DNA of 64,000 nucleotides. It comes from an uncultured Fidelibacterota bacterium. GTDB taxonomy: Bacteria > Fidelibacterota > Marinisomatia > Marinisomatales > UBA1611. Location of the stretch: assembly GCA_913040915.1 (NCBI GenBank), contig CAJWHW010000001.1, positions 32,001 through 96,000 on the forward strand, in the 5' to 3' direction. The notes under the pieces are model-generated. The model was not told the origin of the DNA. It did no database searches and saw nothing but the letters and a program-made list of their open reading frames with translations. Both the position numbers and the translations under genes were made by a program. Numbering within the stretch: the stretch's first letter is position 1; every line of letters begins with the position of its first letter. Shown one piece after another: positions 49,163-59,546 of this stretch.

Positions 49163-49936
49163 ATTTCTTCCTTAATACATCCAACCGCAATAGTTGATCC
49201 GAATGCTGAAATTGGTGTAAATGTAACTATCGGTGCATTTACAATTATAGAGGCAAATGTTACAATTGGTGATAATACTTCCATTGGTAACCATGTTACT
49301 ATTTGTAGCGAAACAGTTATAGGAAAGTCATGTCGTGTATTTCATTCTAGTGTAATCGGTGAAATCCCTCAAGATTTAAAATTTGGCGGTGAACATACTA
49401 AAACAGTAATTGGAGAAAAGACAACCATACGGGAATATGTTACTATAAATAGAGGGACTGAAGCATTGGGGAAAACCGAAGTTGGATCTGGATCTTTATT
49501 AATGGCCTATGTTCATATTGCTCATGATTGTCTGATTGGAGATAATGTTATTATGGCTAATATGGCAACTTTAGGAGGTCATGTCGAAATCGGTGACTGG
49601 GCATCTTTAGGTGGTGGTGTATTAGTGCATCAATTTACAAAGATCGGTGCTCATGCTTTTATTGGTGGTGGTTTCAGGGCAGTGCAGGATGTACCACCAT
49701 TTGTTCTTTGTGCAGAAGAACCATTGAAATTCCAAGGAATCAATCGTATCGGGCTTAAACGAAGAGGTTTTTCCCAAGAAGAGATGAAAATTATAAAAAA
49801 TACGTATCTAATTTATTTTAGATCTGCTTTAAATAGGAATGATGCCCTTGCAAAAATTGAAACTGAAATTCCGGATACGCCTTATAGAAATCAAATTCTA
49901 GATTTCCTTCGTTCTTCCGAACGAGGAATTATCTAA
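49163..49936 (+). CDS. lpxA: UDP-N-acetylglucosamine acyltransferase; apparent non-canonical ATT start
   Basis: The frame upstream of the listed ORF is open and encodes IHPTAIVDPNAEIG...PQDLKF.GE...IRE.VTINRGT, continuing to HIAHDC, GHV.IGD, VHQF, DVPP, N.IGL.RRGF. Start coordinate is inferred. Confidence 0.93.
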   Translation: MSSLIHPTAIVDPNAEIGVNVTIGAFTIIEANVTIGDNTSIGNHVTICSETVIGKSCRVFHSSVIGEIPQDLKFGGEHTKTVIGEKTTIREYVTINRGTEALGKTEVGSGSLLMAYVHIAHDCLIGDNVIMANMATLGGHVEIGDWASLGGGVLVHQFTKIGAHAFIGGGFRAVQDVPPFVLCAEEPLKFQGINRIGLKRRGFSQEEMKIIKNTYLIYFRSALNRNDALAKIETEIPDTPYRNQILDFLRSSERGII

Positions 49937-49945
49937 TATTCAAAA

Positions 49946-50635
49946 ATGAACATATTTTTCTTTTACTTGATGCTTTCAGGTATCACATTTTCTCAGTATG
50001 CAGATTTTCGATTTGATTCTTTCAATTGTGTGAATTGCGATGAATACGCTAAAGCTGTTATTAACCAATCTGCTTTTTGGATGAGTGAAACCCCTAGTAT
50101 TGACCCCATGAGTCAAAATCGATTTTACATACAATCTGGATATTCATTATCTATTAGTAAAATAAAAGGTCATCATTGGGGCTACCCTAATTTAGATTTG
50201 GGCATTAAAACAACAAAAAACCTATCATTAACAGGTAAGATATTTGGTTTTGCATCGCAAGAAGAATCTCCACAAATATTGGGAGCGGGGCTACAATATG
50301 CTTTTGGTGGTAAAGATACATTGAATTGGGTCACTTCTATCCAGCGTATTGATTTAAAGGGGTTAAATCATTATCATTTAACTTCTCTAACCATAGATAT
50401 TCGAACATGGATCAAATGGAATCCAATAATCTTCAGAATTGGGACTGGTTCAATTTTCTATAAACAAAAATCTTTTTTTACTGTTTCTGGGATGGATTCA
50501 AAAATAGATGGTCAAATAAATTTCATTGGAGTAGATACATTATATCCATATTCAATATATACAATTGGGGTTGGAACTCGGTTTCATCCCCGAAAAACAA
50601 TGATTTCCTTTTTTATACAAAAAGAATTATTCTAA
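49946..50635 (+). CDS. Hypothetical exported / outer-membrane protein
   Basis: Signal-like N-terminus, beta-rich alternating pattern, terminal Phe; tightly packed between lpxA and dxr. Confidence 0.6.
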   Translation: MNIFFFYLMLSGITFSQYADFRFDSFNCVNCDEYAKAVINQSAFWMSETPSIDPMSQNRFYIQSGYSLSISKIKGHHWGYPNLDLGIKTTKNLSLTGKIFGFASQEESPQILGAGLQYAFGGKDTLNWVTSIQRIDLKGLNHYHLTSLTIDIRTWIKWNPIIFRIGTGSIFYKQKSFFTVSGMDSKIDGQINFIGVDTLYPYSIYTIGVGTRFHPRKTMISFFIQKELF

Positions 50636-51780
50636 TGTTTAAACGAATTTCTATTTTAGGGTCCACCGGATCTATTGGTGTCAATGCGTTAAAAGTAGCA
50701 TCCCATTTACGAGAAGAGTTAGAAATTGTTTACCTTTCGGCTAATCAAAATACAGATTTACTAATTGAGCAAGCATTACAATTCAACCCGGAAGCAGTAT
50801 GCATTGTCGATGAAGAATTTTCGGAAAAAGTAAAAGATGCACTTATTTCCACTGATATAGAAGTTCTGGTTGGTCGTAAATGTTTATTAGAGTTATCTCA
50901 AAGGGATGATGTTGATATTTTATTGAATGGATTAGTGGGCGCTCCGGGCATGGAACCTACATTATTGGCCCTTCAATCCGGTATTGATGTGGCTTTGTCG
51001 AATAAAGAAAGCCTTGTTATGGCGGGAAATATAATTAATAAAGCTATGAAAAAATCTGGCGCAAAACTCTATCCTGTTGATTCTGAACATTCTGCTATTT
51101 GGCAATGTTTAGTGGGAGAAGAGATTGAAGATATTCGTCGTCTGATTTTGACTGGTAGCGGAGGCCCGTTTCGATCACGTGATGTGAATACATTTGCAGA
51201 GATTAAAATTGATGAAGCTTTGAATCACCCCAATTGGGATATGGGCCAAAAGATAACGATAGACAGTGCAACAATGATGAACAAAGGCTTGGAGGTAATA
51301 GAAGCATATTGGTTATTTGGCTTTACACCTGATAAGATTGATATCGTAGTTCATCCCCAATCAATAATTCATTCTATGATAGAGTTCAAAGATGGCGCCA
51401 TTAAAGCACAAATGGGTGTTCCTGACATGAAAGTTCCGATCCAATATGCTCTTACTTACCCAAGGCATATAGAAGCACCTTGGGAACAGCTGGATTTTTA
51501 TGAGTTTGAAAAATTAACCTTTCAGCCACCTGATTATGATAGATTTCCTTGTATTAAATTAGCATTTGACTCTTTAGAAAAACTGGGGACATCCTGTGCA
51601 GCATTAAATTTAGCAAATGACTATTCTGTGTATCGATTTTTAAAAGAAGAAATCTTATTTACAGATATTTCGAAAATCAACGCCACTATAATGGCTGAAC
51701 ATAAATGGATTGAACACCCAACATTGGAAGATTTAAAAGCATTGGACGAATGGGTTAAAAATCATGTAAGCTCTTTCTGA
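50635..51780 (+). CDS. dxr: 1-deoxy-D-xylulose 5-phosphate reductoisomerase
   Basis: LGSTGSIG, NKESLV.AG, PVDSEHSAI.Q, GSGGPFR, HPNW.MG.KITIDSATMMNKGLEVIEA. Confidence 0.98.
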   Translation: MFKRISILGSTGSIGVNALKVASHLREELEIVYLSANQNTDLLIEQALQFNPEAVCIVDEEFSEKVKDALISTDIEVLVGRKCLLELSQRDDVDILLNGLVGAPGMEPTLLALQSGIDVALSNKESLVMAGNIINKAMKKSGAKLYPVDSEHSAIWQCLVGEEIEDIRRLILTGSGGPFRSRDVNTFAEIKIDEALNHPNWDMGQKITIDSATMMNKGLEVIEAYWLFGFTPDKIDIVVHPQSIIHSMIEFKDGAIKAQMGVPDMKVPIQYALTYPRHIEAPWEQLDFYEFEKLTFQPPDYDRFPCIKLAFDSLEKLGTSCAALNLANDYSVYRFLKEEILFTDISKINATIMAEHKWIEHPTLEDLKALDEWVKNHVSSF

Positions 51781-51820
51781 TTTTTGGAACCAAATTTTCA
51801 ATATTAAGTAGTTTCTTATC

Positions 51821-52990
51821 ATGACAATTATCTGGGCAACGATCCTCATATTGGGGGTGCTTATCACCATACATGAATTTGGCCATTTTATCGCGGCAAG
51901 ATCAGTTGGTGTTCGAGTGGAAAGATTTTCTGTTGGTATACCGCCTCGTTTTTTATCAATTACATCGATTGAAAATGGTTTTATGTTGCGCTTTTTCTTT
52001 TATAAAAGTACAGGTGGACGCACTTATTGGCAGCCAGTATTTAAAAAAATTATTTCTAAACCTGGCCGAATTGGTTCCCATACTGAATACGTTTTAGCTT
52101 TACTACCTTTTGGGGGATATGTGAAAATGGCTGGTATTATTGATGAAAGTATGGATACTGAGATTTCCTACAAGGATGATGAATTTATGTCCAAGCCTTT
52201 ATGGGCTAAACTTTGGGTCTTAAGTGCTGGAGTCATCATGAATACTTTATTGGCATTTTTTATTTTTACTGCAATAGGATTTTATCAGGGGTCTCCAGAA
52301 ATCAAAAATGAACCTGTTATAGCGCAATTACAGGAGAATATGCCGGCAATGCGTGCCGGTATTATTCCTGGTGACCGAATTACTCTCATCAATGGGAATA
52401 AAATAGAAACTTGGAATGATCTTACTGAATCAATACATGCAGTACCTGAAACAGACATAATTCTAACAATTAGCCGGGAAAATGTCGAGATTGAAATGAA
52501 TATCACAACTTCCTTCATGACCGTACCAACTGAGTCAGGGATAGATACGGTAGGTGCCATAGGTATCGCACCAGAACTGATTTACTCAGAAATTTCTTTA
52601 ATGGAATCAGCAAAAACTGGGCTATCAAAGACAGTAGCAAGTTTCGAAATGATTATCATGAGCTTGGGAATGTTAGGAGCCGGTGAAGCATCTATTTCTG
52701 ATTTTGGAGGTCCCATTATGATAGCTCAATTGGCTAGTCAAACAGCAGAAGCAGGTTGGATTCCTTTTCTAACCTTTATGGCTCTTATTAGCGTCAATTT
52801 GGCCTTTTTAAATATTTTACCGATTCCCGGATTGGATGGTGGACATATTTTTATTCATTTAATTGAAGGGATCATGAGAAAACCCATGTCATTAAAAGCC
52901 AGAATTATAATCCAGCAAATTGGTATGGCTTTTTTATTAATGCTTATGGTAACCATTATATTTAACGATATCACTCGTTTATTTAATTAA
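51821..52990 (+). CDS. rseP: RIP metalloprotease RseP
   Basis: HEFGH, FSVG, PFGGYVKM, AG..MN, PDZ domain, NILPIPGLDGG. Confidence 0.95.
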   Translation: MTIIWATILILGVLITIHEFGHFIAARSVGVRVERFSVGIPPRFLSITSIENGFMLRFFFYKSTGGRTYWQPVFKKIISKPGRIGSHTEYVLALLPFGGYVKMAGIIDESMDTEISYKDDEFMSKPLWAKLWVLSAGVIMNTLLAFFIFTAIGFYQGSPEIKNEPVIAQLQENMPAMRAGIIPGDRITLINGNKIETWNDLTESIHAVPETDIILTISRENVEIEMNITTSFMTVPTESGIDTVGAIGIAPELIYSEISLMESAKTGLSKTVASFEMIIMSLGMLGAGEASISDFGGPIMIAQLASQTAEAGWIPFLTFMALISVNLAFLNILPIPGLDGGHIFIHLIEGIMRKPMSLKARIIIQQIGMAFLLMLMVTIIFNDITRLFN

Positions 52991-53683
52991 TTCATTTAAT
53001 TTTAGAATTAAAGTACCGAATTTCATTTTAATACTAATTTTTACTGGATATCGAACATCATCATTGGAAAACCAGATTGACATTGTGGCTTCATTTTTAA
53101 ATTTCTGTTTGTCCATTCTTATTGGTGTAACCTTTGTACATTGATATATCCCTAAAGGCACATTGGTTGCTACATTTTCCTCTACATTCATTTGCAGATA
53201 ATTTAATTTTCTCCCATCAATCAGTGAAAATATTTGACCATCTATATTTGATAAATCCTCACTTCTCAAAAAATAAAATAGGGAATATGGTGAATGCGTT
53301 TCAGAACTTATTTGAATAGTATCTTTTGAAAATAAGGCAAACCCTTCTTTTTGGTTTAAAATTATGGTATTTTTCTTTTTGTATGATCCCTCACTGATAT
53401 TTTTTACTACTTTTAAAGGGAGTAATGTTTTTTCATCCAACCAAATATCAATTACATCTCGAATTGGAAATAAATAATCTGTAAAACCTTTGGTAGTAGC
53501 AGAAAAACGTACTTGAAATGTGCTAGTGGATTGAATCATTTCTTTTTTTATGACCTCTAATTTCCCGGTTGCTGTTTCAATGCCAGAAAAAGATGCCTGG
53601 TATTGTAAAGATTCACCAACTTTAAACGGAACGGATACGCCCAATAAAATAGAGATAAATAAAAATAGTGCAATTATTCTCAT
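52979..53683 (-). CDS. DUF3108-family exported protein
   Basis: Signal peptide, PF.VGE.L.Y, EGSY, ..P.G...C, IW.S.D....PVK....G pattern. Confidence 0.7.
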   Translation of the reverse strand: MRIIALFLFISILLGVSVPFKVGESLQYQASFSGIETATGKLEVIKKEMIQSTSTFQVRFSATTKGFTDYLFPIRDVIDIWLDEKTLLPLKVVKNISEGSYKKKNTIILNQKEGFALFSKDTIQISSETHSPYSLFYFLRSEDLSNIDGQIFSLIDGRKLNYLQMNVEENVATNVPLGIYQCTKVTPIRMDKQKFKNEATMSIWFSNDDVRYPVKISIKMKFGTLILKLNELIK

Positions 53684-54255
53684 GAACGTAAAATTGTTAG
53701 ACTGCTATTTTCGTAAAGATAAATGGTTGATCCAACTCCATCGATTATTCCATCATTGATTATCAAGTCAATATCGTTTTTAAATTCAGATAAGATTTCT
53801 TGCGGGTTTATCATTGCCTGTTGGCCTGTTCGATTTACACTTGTGGTTGTAATTGGATTTGGAAATGTCATTGAAAGATTTCTACAAAATTCATGGTTAG
53901 GGATTCGAATACCTAAAGTATTATTTTCTCCCATCACCAATTGAGAAACAACTCCATCTATAACTGGAACAATGACAGTAGATTCGCCTTTTAGTTTTTT
54001 CATTATAATATTGTGATCAGATTCAATTACATTTAGCCAATCTTTGACAGTATCTTTATTAGGGGCTAATACGCTCAAAGGAGATGTCCTTCCTTTGAGA
54101 TAATTTATTTTTTTGATCGCTGATTCATTTTTTGCATCACAGCCAAAGCCATATAGTGTATCAGTTGGATAAACAATTATGCCACCATTTTCTAAAATAG
54201 AACAGGTTTTTTTAATTGTCTGCTTATTTTCACAATCAATTATTAAATTGACCAT
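53680..54255 (-). CDS. tsaC: L-threonylcarbamoyladenylate synthase (TsaC/Sua5/YrdC)
   Basis: YPTDTLYG.GC, K.R...P, GIRIP.H, PI.TTS.N..G, ST. Confidence 0.88.
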   Translation of the reverse strand: MVNLIIDCENKQTIKKTCSILENGGIIVYPTDTLYGFGCDAKNESAIKKINYLKGRTSPLSVLAPNKDTVKDWLNVIESDHNIIMKKLKGESTVIVPVIDGVVSQLVMGENNTLGIRIPNHEFCRNLSMTFPNPITTTSVNRTGQQAMINPQEILSEFKNDIDLIINDGIIDGVGSTIYLYENSSLTILRS

Positions 54256-54263
54256 CTAAAGCC

Positions 54264-55118
54264 TTAGTTGGGTTTTGTTTTCCATCGCCGATGAAACCAG
54301 AAGTATTGTTCAGGATATTTTCTTACCTTTTCCTCAATTATAGATGTAAAAGCTTGGGTTATATCTGCTATATTATCACTTATTGGTTTGACTGTCTCAA
54401 ATTGAATTTCATATTTCTGGAACCCAATTTCGACGCATACACCAAAAATGATTGGCGATCTTAATTTTTTAAAAAATAATGCAGCGCCTTTTGGTGTGGA
54501 CGCAGGAATCCCAAAAAAATTTACGAAAATACCCTTTGATCTTGCATCCTGGTCACTAACCAGTGCTAGGATTCCATTTCCAATTAGAACAGATTCCATT
54601 TTTTCAATTGGCTCTTTTCGAAAAATATGTTCTACTCCACTCATCTCCCTTTGTTCCTGAAAGAATTTATTTGCCCCTCGATTCTTTTGTCGGAGAGCTA
54701 CACCGGTGAATCTATAATTGGTTTCTCCCATCCATTTTACGAAAAGTTCCCAAACTCCAAAGTGTGCTGAGATTAAAATACAACCTTTATTTTTATTCAT
54801 TGCTTCGTGCAGAATATTTTCCCTTTTTACATCTATTTCAATCCCATCCCAGGATTTAGGAAAAGCAAAAAATTGTATCATATTATGCATGAAAAATTGG
54901 AAGATTCTTTTTACATAATATTCAATTTTTCCCGAAGTCCAATCCGGGAAAGCTCTTTTTAAATTATTGATTACCATTCCCTTTCTTTTGGGAATATAAT
55001 GATAGGATATACTCGCCAATCTAATTGCCAAATGATAACGAGTTTTTGGAGATAAAGTAGATATCCACTTTTTCAATAAAACCAATAGATAATAAGTAAT
55101 TCTATGAGTTATTTTCAT
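54264..55118 (-). CDS. Lipid A secondary acyltransferase (LpxL/HtrB family)
   Basis: NL..AFP, H.G.WE, DQ, V.FFG..A.T..G, PEQYFW.HRRWK. Confidence 0.9.
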   Translation of the reverse strand: MKITHRITYYLLVLLKKWISTLSPKTRYHLAIRLASISYHYIPKRKGMVINNLKRAFPDWTSGKIEYYVKRIFQFFMHNMIQFFAFPKSWDGIEIDVKRENILHEAMNKNKGCILISAHFGVWELFVKWMGETNYRFTGVALRQKNRGANKFFQEQREMSGVEHIFRKEPIEKMESVLIGNGILALVSDQDARSKGIFVNFFGIPASTPKGAALFFKKLRSPIIFGVCVEIGFQKYEIQFETVKPISDNIADITQAFTSIIEEKVRKYPEQYFWFHRRWKTKPN

Positions 55119-55228
55119 TTTGAACTATGAAATTACATATTTCCAATCTAGAAATAGTCTGAGTTTTTATAAAATTAATCAACCTTTTTTGTTTTTACTC
55201 ATTGCTATTTCTTATGAAATTCATAGCT

Positions 55229-56575
55229 ATGAAACAATGTTTACTCACTCTTTTCTTCTGTATTACATTTACATATCCAGATATTGTTTACAGAGTCCCT
55301 ATCGAGGGTACAATTGATTTGGGACTACCACCATTTATAAAACGTACATTAACAGATGCAGAAGCTCAAGGTGCTAGTGCAGTTATATTTGATATAAATA
55401 CTTTTGGCGGTCGTGTAGATGCAGCTACACAAATTAAAGATGCTATTTTAGGCTCTGATATACCCACGGTGGCTTTTATCAATCGCAGAGCTATTTCGGC
55501 TGGAGCCCTCATATCTCTTTCCTGCGAAAAAATTTATATGACTGGTGGTGGTCTTATCGGAGCTGCGACTGCAGTAGATATGTCTGGGAAAAAGGGTAGT
55601 GAAAAAGTCATCAGTTTCATGCGGGAAGAGATGGCTTCAACAGCAGAAAAACGTGGCCGAAGCAAAGAAATAGCCAGAGGAATGGTGGATGAAGAACTTA
55701 ATTTTACCCATTTGGTTATTAATGGAGATTCAGTAGAGGTAACAGATATTGAAGGGAGAAAAGAAGGGAAATTAATTTCTTTAACCACAGAACAAGCTTT
55801 GAAATACAAGGTTGCTGATGGTACAGCAGAAGATTTAAATGCGCTTTTAGATAGCCTAGGCTATAAAGCAGCAAAAACCTTTGAATCCAAAGAAAACTGG
55901 TCAGAGGCCGTTGTCCGTTTTTTAACGAATCCAGTTGTAGCATCACTCCTTACAACTTTTGGTTTTCTTGGTATATTATTTGAACTTCAAAGTCCCGGTT
56001 GGGGTATCCCTGGAATGGTGGGTCTCATTTGTCTTATATTATCGCTAAGCGCATCCTATATTGCAGAATTAGCAACGATGTCAGATTTATTATTTATTTT
56101 TGCAGGACTCGCTTTATTCATACTTGAGCTTTTAGTTATTCCTGGTTTTGGAGTCGCAGGGCTAGGAGGAATTGGACTGTTACTTTACGGCTTGTATTTA
56201 CTTCTCCTTCCTGAAGTGCCTGTTGGTGATGAAATAATGAACCAAGCTACTGACGGGTTTTTGATCGGATTAATTGGAGCAGTAATTGGATTATATTTTC
56301 TTGGTCGCATTATGATAAAAACTAAATTTTGGGAACAACTCACTTCGCCAAATACTCAAAAAAAAGAAGATGGTTATACTACGACATTTGGTTGGGAAAA
56401 CCTTGTAAATGAGAGTGGTATTGCTGATACAGACCTGCATCCATCTGGGTGGGTTAAGGTTGCAGATGAGCGACTATTTGTAGTGAGTGAAGGAGAGTTT
56501 GTTGAAAAAGGAAAACCAGTTCAAATTTTAAAAGTAGATGGTAATCGAATTGTCGTTAGAGAATTAACAGAATAA
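55229..56575 (+). CDS. nfeD: NfeD-family membrane-bound serine protease (long form)
   Basis: INTFGG.V, AISAGALI, TM region E...PG.G..G, C-terminal OB fold (G...TDL.PSG...V.SEG.F). Start could also be 55214. Confidence 0.9.
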   Translation: MKQCLLTLFFCITFTYPDIVYRVPIEGTIDLGLPPFIKRTLTDAEAQGASAVIFDINTFGGRVDAATQIKDAILGSDIPTVAFINRRAISAGALISLSCEKIYMTGGGLIGAATAVDMSGKKGSEKVISFMREEMASTAEKRGRSKEIARGMVDEELNFTHLVINGDSVEVTDIEGRKEGKLISLTTEQALKYKVADGTAEDLNALLDSLGYKAAKTFESKENWSEAVVRFLTNPVVASLLTTFGFLGILFELQSPGWGIPGMVGLICLILSLSASYIAELATMSDLLFIFAGLALFILELLVIPGFGVAGLGGIGLLLYGLYLLLLPEVPVGDEIMNQATDGFLIGLIGAVIGLYFLGRIMIKTKFWEQLTSPNTQKKEDGYTTTFGWENLVNESGIADTDLHPSGWVKVADERLFVVSEGEFVEKGKPVQILKVDGNRIVVRELTE

Positions 56576-56593
56576 TAAAAAAGGAGCATCACT

Positions 56594-57604
56594 ATGCCCG
56601 TAGTACAAATGTTTATGTTAGCACTGATCACTTTTACAGTGATTCTAATCCTGTACTTTGTTCCCGTAGGACTGTGGATTCAGGGGGTTGTTTCATTGGG
56701 GCTCGGAAGAATCCGAATTGTGGATCTCATCCGTATGCGATTAAGAAAAATATCACCTAGACTTGTCACTGATGGTGTTATCAATTTGCATAAAGCCGGA
56801 TTATCACATATTTCTACAGACATGTTAGAAACACATTATCTTGCTGGAGGTAATGTACAAAATATTGTTGCCGCATTAATTGCAGCTGATAAAGCAAGTA
56901 TAGAACTACCATTTGAGACTGCTACTGCAATTGATTTAGCTGGCCGAGATGTTAATGAAGCAGTTCAAACTTCTGTATATCCAAAAGTAATTAATGCACC
57001 TAAAGATGGTTACTTGGCTGCCGTTGCAAAAGATGGGATTGAATTAAAAGCTCGTGCTAGAGTAACCGTTAGGACAAATATTCCCGGTTTAGTCGGAGGC
57101 GCTACGGACGATACTGTCATCGCTCGTGTGGGTGAGGGTATTGTTTCTGCAATTGGTTCTGCTAATAATTATTCAGCAGTTCTTGAAAATCCGGACAATA
57201 TATCTCGTGCAGTTTTAGATAAAGGGTTAGATGCTGGGACAGCATTTGAAATTTTATCTATTGATATAGCTGATTTAGATGTAGGTAAAAATATCGGAGC
57301 ATCATTACAAGCTGATCAGGCCGAAGCTGATTTACGCGTAGCACAGGCTAAGGCAGAAACACGTCGTGCTATGGCTGTTGCAGAAGAACAAGAGATGACA
57401 GCTAGAACGCAGGAAATGAAAGCAAAAGTTGTTGAAGCTGAATCGGAAGTTCCAAAAGCAATGGCCCAGGCATTCCGGGAAGGAAATCTTGGTATCATGG
57501 ATTATTATAAAATGGAAAATATAAAATCGGATACAGGAATGCGGGATGCTATTGCTGAATCTGATGTGGAAACAACAGATGATAATCCAGTTGAAGATAA
57601 TTAA
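56594..57604 (+). CDS. floA: Flotillin-like protein FloA (YqfA)
   Basis: [61 protein letters not shown]...N...DT.MR. Confidence 0.95.
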   Translation: MPVVQMFMLALITFTVILILYFVPVGLWIQGVVSLGLGRIRIVDLIRMRLRKISPRLVTDGVINLHKAGLSHISTDMLETHYLAGGNVQNIVAALIAADKASIELPFETATAIDLAGRDVNEAVQTSVYPKVINAPKDGYLAAVAKDGIELKARARVTVRTNIPGLVGGATDDTVIARVGEGIVSAIGSANNYSAVLENPDNISRAVLDKGLDAGTAFEILSIDIADLDVGKNIGASLQADQAEADLRVAQAKAETRRAMAVAEEQEMTARTQEMKAKVVEAESEVPKAMAQAFREGNLGIMDYYKMENIKSDTGMRDAIAESDVETTDDNPVEDN

Positions 57605-57616
57605 TGTAATCCTGTT

Positions 57617-58420
57617 TTGGAATTAACTGTTCCAGATCATATTGCTGATCAAATAACTGATCGCTGTTTGCGATGTTATCGCGAGCAGCAATGGTATGGT
57701 AAAAACTTTCTATTTGATTATATTGGAGATATGGATGTAGCCGGAAAGCGAATCTTAGAAATAGGTTGTGCTGAGGCAGGATTGCTCAAATTTTATCAAG
57801 AAAAAGGTGCAATCTGTTCTGGACTAGAGCTCTCGGATGTTAGATACAATAATGCTCTATTATTAAATGAAGGAGAACCTATCCATTTATTTCAGGCAAA
57901 TATCTGTAAACCTGAATCTTATATGACTGAGATAACTGAAAAACATGATACCATTATTATCAGAGATGTGATTGAACATATCGAAGATAAAAAAACTGCT
58001 TTAATAAATATGTTTGAACTATTAAAGCCCGGCGGAAAACTGTACATATCTTTTCCTCCAAAATATTGTGCCTATGCTGGTCACCAACAGACAACTCCAT
58101 CGATTATGGGGAAATTGCCTTATCTACATCTTCTTCCTAATTTTTTATATGAAGGTTATTTACGTTTGATTGGATGTCCGGAAAAGAAAATCAATTATCT
58201 TCTATCTACGAAAAATACTCGTATTTCCATTCGTATAATGAGAAAGTTAGTTGACTCTTTAGGTTTTAAGATTATTAAAGAAAGTAACTGGATAATCCGG
58301 CCTGCTTATTCATTCCGATTTGGTATACCAAAATTGAAGAATCCTTTTTTCTGGATTCCAATCTTCAATGAAGTTTTTTGCAATGGGGTATTATTTTTAT
58401 TAGAAAAGCCAGAGAAGTAA
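57617..58420 (+). CDS. Class I SAM-dependent methyltransferase
   Basis: ILEIGCAEAG, GLELS, DVIEHI, LKPGG.LYI.FPP...AGHQ. TTG start. Confidence 0.88.
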   Translation: MELTVPDHIADQITDRCLRCYREQQWYGKNFLFDYIGDMDVAGKRILEIGCAEAGLLKFYQEKGAICSGLELSDVRYNNALLLNEGEPIHLFQANICKPESYMTEITEKHDTIIIRDVIEHIEDKKTALINMFELLKPGGKLYISFPPKYCAYAGHQQTTPSIMGKLPYLHLLPNFLYEGYLRLIGCPEKKINYLLSTKNTRISIRIMRKLVDSLGFKIIKESNWIIRPAYSFRFGIPKLKNPFFWIPIFNEVFCNGVLFLLEKPEK

Positions 58421-58421
58421 T

Positions 58422-58937
58422 ATGGAATGGTTAGGTTTATTACTCCTTTATTTGATTTCTGGATTTATGAAAAAACGGCAACAAGCTACAAAACGCCGTG
58501 AAATAGAATCAGATCCCGATTGGGAAGTTTCTGAAAAATCAAATCCAGAAAAATCAAAATCTAATTTAGATCAGGTGCTGCAAGACTTGTTTGATCAAAC
58601 AGTTGAGCTGGAGCCTGAAACTCTAATTAATGAAGAGATAGAAGATAAAGAAGAATCTGATCAGAATGAGTTGGAAATTATTACTGAACAAGTTGATGAA
58701 TTTGAAGATCAAATTCTGAAGACAGATGAAAATGATTTTTCAAAAATTGATGAGAAAGTAGAAACCTTTGAAGAAAAAATATACCATTCTGAATTGGCTG
58801 ATCGTGAGGAACAACATTTTGGAAACAAATGGAGAAAAAAGGATAAGCTCCACGCCAAATTATTTAACTCTAATAAATCCTTAAAAAAAGCAATTATTCT
58901 AAAAGAAATATTAGATAAGCCTGTAGGCTTAAGATAA
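58422..58937 (+). CDS. YqfB-like protein (third gene of nfeD-floA operons)
   Basis: N-terminal TM, acidic disordered middle, C-terminal LKKAIILKEILDKPVGLR. Confidence 0.6.
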   Translation: MEWLGLLLLYLISGFMKKRQQATKRREIESDPDWEVSEKSNPEKSKSNLDQVLQDLFDQTVELEPETLINEEIEDKEESDQNELEIITEQVDEFEDQILKTDENDFSKIDEKVETFEEKIYHSELADREEQHFGNKWRKKDKLHAKLFNSNKSLKKAIILKEILDKPVGLR

Positions 58938-58951
58938 GCAAATCGATTATT

Positions 58952-59545
58952 CTAATTTAAATTAGAATAAATTGTTTTTGCTTCATTCTCTAACTGTTCT
59001 TCTGACCCGTTATTGTGAATTACAAAATCTGCCATTTGTATTTTATCTTCGTCTGGCCATTGAAGATCTAAACGTTGTAAGAACTGATCAAGAGTTAATC
59101 CACCACGGCTCATTACACGCTCTGTCCGAATTTTAAGTTGAGATGTAACAACAATCACATAGTCCATGTGCGTGTCTGCACCTGATTCATAGATTAAAGC
59201 AGCATCTACAACAAATATTTCATGGTTACCTTGATCTAAGACTTTATCAAAAGCACTATCAATTTCTAGAAATACGTACGGATGTATAATTGTGTTTAAC
59301 CGTAATTGATGGTCTTCATCAGAAAAGGCAATCCGGGCTAATTTTGATTTATCAATTTGATTATTATGCCCCAAAACATCTGTTCCGAATTCTGCAATAA
59401 TTTCATTTTGAGCTGTCTCATTCTTTTCAAGAATATCTTTTGATTCTTTATCAGCATCAAAAATATACGCGCCCCAGGATTCAAATAATTTACTCACGGA
59501 GCTTTTCCCGGATCCTATCCCTCCAGTAAGACCAATTTTTAACAT
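58952..59545 (-). CDS. coaE: Dephospho-CoA kinase
   Basis: IGLTGGIGSGKS.V, DAD, L..I.F, LN.I.HP.V, ADFVIHN. Confidence 0.96.
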   Translation of the reverse strand: MLKIGLTGGIGSGKSSVSKLFESWGAYIFDADKESKDILEKNETAQNEIIAEFGTDVLGHNNQIDKSKLARIAFSDEDHQLRLNTIIHPYVFLEIDSAFDKVLDQGNHEIFVVDAALIYESGADTHMDYVIVVTSQLKIRTERVMSRGGLTLDQFLQRLDLQWPDEDKIQMADFVIHNNGSEEQLENEAKTIYSNLN

Positions 59546-59546
59546 T

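Noticed and set aside
49163..49936. lpxA as a truncated pseudogene (156-aa ORF in the track)
   Set aside because: The upstream frame is intact with all LpxA motifs; only the start codon is unusual.
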